Shown here piece after piece: positions 61,796 to 64,000 of a DNA stretch of 64,000 bases. The translations under genes were made by a program, and so were the position numbers. Source of the stretch: an uncultured Candidatus Binatia bacterium (GTDB taxonomy: Bacteria; Desulfobacterota; Binatia; UBA9968; JAJDTQ01); NCBI GenBank assembly GCA_965219905.1, contig CBDCOS010000004.1, positions 48,696-112,695 on the forward strand, written 5' to 3'. Position 1 is the first letter of the stretch. Every line of letters begins with the position of its first letter. A model generated the notes under the pieces. That model worked only from the letters and a program-made list of their open reading frames with translations, was not told the DNA's origin and did no database searches.

Positions 61796-62917
61796 TTGGC
61801 ACGTCTGCTGGCCCTGCTGCTTCTGCCATGCGTCCTGGGGACGGCGTGGGATGTCCACGCCGCCGTGTCCACGGCGCGTCTTACGGGCGTGCGTTTCCTC
61901 TCCTCGGCCAACTATACCCGGGTGATTCTCGATCTCAGCGGCCGGGTGAAGTTCACCATCCGGACCCTTGCGGCCTCACGCCAGAAGAACCTTCCGCCGA
62001 GGATCTACATGGACCTCGTGGGCGCCCGCCTGGCCATGCGGCGGCACCGTGTCGACGTCAAGGACCGGCTGATACGGCGGATCCGCCTCGGTCAGAGGAA
62101 GGCGGACGTGGTACGGGTGGTGCTGGATCTCAAGCATCCCGGCAACCACGATGCGGTGCTGATGACCAACCCCCACCGGCTGATGGTGGACGTGGAGCGG
62201 CGGGGCCGGTCTCCCACGCGCCGGCAACTGGCGGTCCGCAAGATCGTGCTGGACCCGGGGCACGGAGGAAAGGACCCCGGCGCCATCGGGGCCGGGGGCC
62301 TCAGGGAGAAGGACGTGGTGCTGCGGGTGGCCAGGAAGCTGGCGCCGATGCTGCGCCGCAGAATGGGAATGGATGTGGTGCTTACCCGGAACACCGACGT
62401 CTTCATCCCCCTCAAGGGACGGACGGCCGTGGCCAACGCCGAGCGGGCGGACCTGTTCCTTTCCATTCATGCCAATGCGAGTCACAACCGCAGGGCCGGC
62501 GGCCTCGAGACCTACTACCTGGACAAGACCACCGACGAAGCCACCATGAAGCTGGCCGCGAGGGAGAACGGGACGGCCCGCAGGAACCTCACGGACTTGC
62601 AGATCATGTTGAGCGACCTCAAACTGAACGTGTATCTGCCGGATTCCATCAGCCTGGCCAGTCACCTGCAGTCGTCGCTGGTGAAGAAGACCCGGCCGCA
62701 CTATTCGCGGGCCAAGAACCTCGGGGTCAAGAAGGGACTGTTCTATGTGCTGGTGGGCGCGCGAATGCCGGCGGCGTTGACGGAGCTGTTCTTCGTCAGC
62801 AATCGCCGCGAGGCCCGGGCGCTGCGGCGTCCGGAGTTCCAGGACGCCATCGTCGGCGGACTGTTCCTCGGCATCAAGAACTATGCCGACAGGCTGCGGA
62901 AGAGAGGGACCCCCTAG
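61796..62917 (+). CDS. N-acetylmuramoyl-L-alanine amidase with N-terminal AMIN domain (AmiC-like)
   Basis: Signal peptide LLALLLLPCVLG, AMIN-like RVILDLSG...RVVLDL, and Amidase_3 motifs VLDPGHGGKDPGA and SIHANA. TTG start after a GAGGAGG RBS. Confidence 0.8.
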   Translation: MARLLALLLLPCVLGTAWDVHAAVSTARLTGVRFLSSANYTRVILDLSGRVKFTIRTLAASRQKNLPPRIYMDLVGARLAMRRHRVDVKDRLIRRIRLGQRKADVVRVVLDLKHPGNHDAVLMTNPHRLMVDVERRGRSPTRRQLAVRKIVLDPGHGGKDPGAIGAGGLREKDVVLRVARKLAPMLRRRMGMDVVLTRNTDVFIPLKGRTAVANAERADLFLSIHANASHNRRAGGLETYYLDKTTDEATMKLAARENGTARRNLTDLQIMLSDLKLNVYLPDSISLASHLQSSLVKKTRPHYSRAKNLGVKKGLFYVLVGARMPAALTELFFVSNRREARALRRPEFQDAIVGGLFLGIKNYADRLRKRGTP

Positions 62918-62946
62918 TGACGATACCGGAGGCAGGAGGCGGCAAC

Positions 62947-64000
62947 ATGCATGACCCGGCGCTACCGAACGAAACCCTCGCGTCCTGGCGCGGCCTTGCG
63001 GCCGAGCAGATCCGGAGCGCCAGGACCGGGGAGGGCGTCCGGGGCTACCTCGACCTGGGACGGCGGCGTCTTCTGGAGGCCCATCGCGCCGGCGCTTCGG
63101 GCACGGAGGTGGTGCGGGCGTACGGGGAGATGACGGACTGCCTCCTCCAACGCCTCTTCGAGATGGCCGACGAGGAACAACGCGCGCGCCGCCCTTGGTT
63201 CAAGGGACGGTGCGCCGTGGTCGCCCAGGGGGGGTACGGCAGGGATGAGCTGAACCCCTATTCGGACATCGATATCCTCTTCCTCTACGGCTGGCGCGCC
63301 GGCCCCTACGTGGAGTTCGTCACCGAGAGGATCCTCTATCCCCTGTGGGACGCCGGTCTGACCATCGGCCACGCCACCCGCACCGTGGCGGAGTGTGCGC
63401 GGCACGCCCGCGGCGACCACGTAATCCAGACGGCGCTGGTGGATGCGCGCCATATTTGCGGCGACGAGCGGTTGTCCCGGGACCTGGAGCGGGTGGTCTG
63501 GCGGCAACTCAGCGGCAACGCCCGGGACCGCTTCGTCAAAACGAAGATCGGCGAGCACGGCCAGCGCCACCAGCGGTACGGGGAATCGGTGTTCCTGCTG
63601 GAGCCCGACATCAAGGAGGGCCAGGGAGGCCTGCGGGACATCCACACGGCCATGTGGATCGCCCGAGCCAAGTGCGGCGCGGTCAAGCTCCACGACTTGC
63701 CGGAAGCGGGGTTGCTGGAGGCCAGGGACGCGGCGGCGCTCGAGCGCGGCCGGGATTTCCTCTGGCGTACCCGGAACGAGCTGCACTTCCTGGCGGGCCG
63801 GCACCAGGACCGGCTGACCTTCGAGTCACAGGAGCAGGCGTCCCGGCGACTGGGTTATGCGGCGGAGGGGAAGCTGAGCGAGGTGGAGACCTTCATGCGC
63901 GCCTACTACCTTCACGCCGAGGAGGTCAGCCGGCTGTCGTCCCTGGTGATCCACCGCTCGGTGGATCACGACCCGTCTCAACGCCGGAAGCCCCGGTCTG
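62947..64000 (+). CDS. glnD: [Protein-PII] uridylyltransferase, N-terminal part (runs off the right edge)
   Basis: Open frame from ATG 62947 to the window end, so it is absent from the ORF track. My translation contains VVAQGGYGRDELNPYSDIDILFLY, LWDAGLTIGHATRT and FLLEPDIKEGQGGLRD. Confidence 0.8.
   Translation, partial: MHDPALPNETLASWRGLAAEQIRSARTGEGVRGYLDLGRRRLLEAHRAGASGTEVVRAYGEMTDCLLQRLFEMADEEQRARRPWFKGRCAVVAQGGYGRDELNPYSDIDILFLYGWRAGPYVEFVTERILYPLWDAGLTIGHATRTVAECARHARGDHVIQTALVDARHICGDERLSRDLERVVWRQLSGNARDRFVKTKIGEHGQRHQRYGESVFLLEPDIKEGQGGLRDIHTAMWIARAKCGAVKLHDLPEAGLLEARDAAALERGRDFLWRTRNELHFLAGRHQDRLTFESQEQASRRLGYAAEGKLSEVETFMRAYYLHAEEVSRLSSLVIHRSVDHDPSQRRKPRS

Noticed and set aside
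59057-61858. 933-aa minus-strand ORF
   Set aside because: It is antisense to mutS, whose motifs are unambiguous. It shows the same low-complexity R/G/P/Q composition.
1-64000. tRNA, rRNA, tmRNA, riboswitch or CRISPR loci
   Set aside because: Intergenic regions are short; the longest are about 260 bp. I saw no T-loop (GGTTCGAATCC-like) or other diagnostic RNA motifs in them. This is a by-eye scan, not tRNAscan or Infernal.

Overview
GC-rich bacterial chromosomal segment (third codon positions are overwhelmingly G/C) that is almost fully coding. I found no rRNA, tRNA or CRISPR, and no transposase, integrase or phage genes. The lineage cannot be named from sequence alone; the many TctABC, amidohydrolase, LLM and UbiD genes suggest an uncultured high-GC soil- or sediment-type organism.

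Layout:
- 1-29.7 kb: mixed metabolism and housekeeping. It holds two tandem amidohydrolase-2 paralogs, tctCBA divergent from a UbiD-family decarboxylase, and an isoaspartyl peptidase plus dipeptide epimerase operon. It also holds a TPP enzyme, a UPF0182 membrane protein, heptose kinase-yicC-gmk-rel, rpmB, a second UbiD paralog, an exported BFN-nuclease/PDZ fusion, and mutL-miaA.
- 29.9-46.9 kb: a tightly packed 16-gene plus-strand operon. It encodes a CoA-transferase, an LLM oxidoreductase, a four-subunit molybdenum hydroxylase whose large subunit is cut by one in-frame TAG, and a maleate-isomerase-like gene. It also encodes two fold-type-II PLP enzymes, a tandem UbiD pair, an ornithine-cyclodeaminase-like gene and three amidohydrolase-superfamily genes. 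I cannot assign this set to a described pathway, and it is my best candidate for an undescribed system.
- 47-64 kb: an EamA transporter, pheA-hisC-tyrA-aroA-cmk-rpsA-ihfB, an AAA+/vWA pair, an XRE-type gene translationally coupled to mutS, an AMIN-domain amidase, and the start of glnD.

Two unrelated non-coding repeat families are present:
- A 163-bp long-hairpin element (two full copies and one probable remnant) with a conserved core and co-varying arms.
- A REP-like palindrome embedded in 18-bp tandem repeats (two copies).
One copy of each family brackets the 16-gene operon.

All functional calls come from reading the translated motifs. No database search was run.
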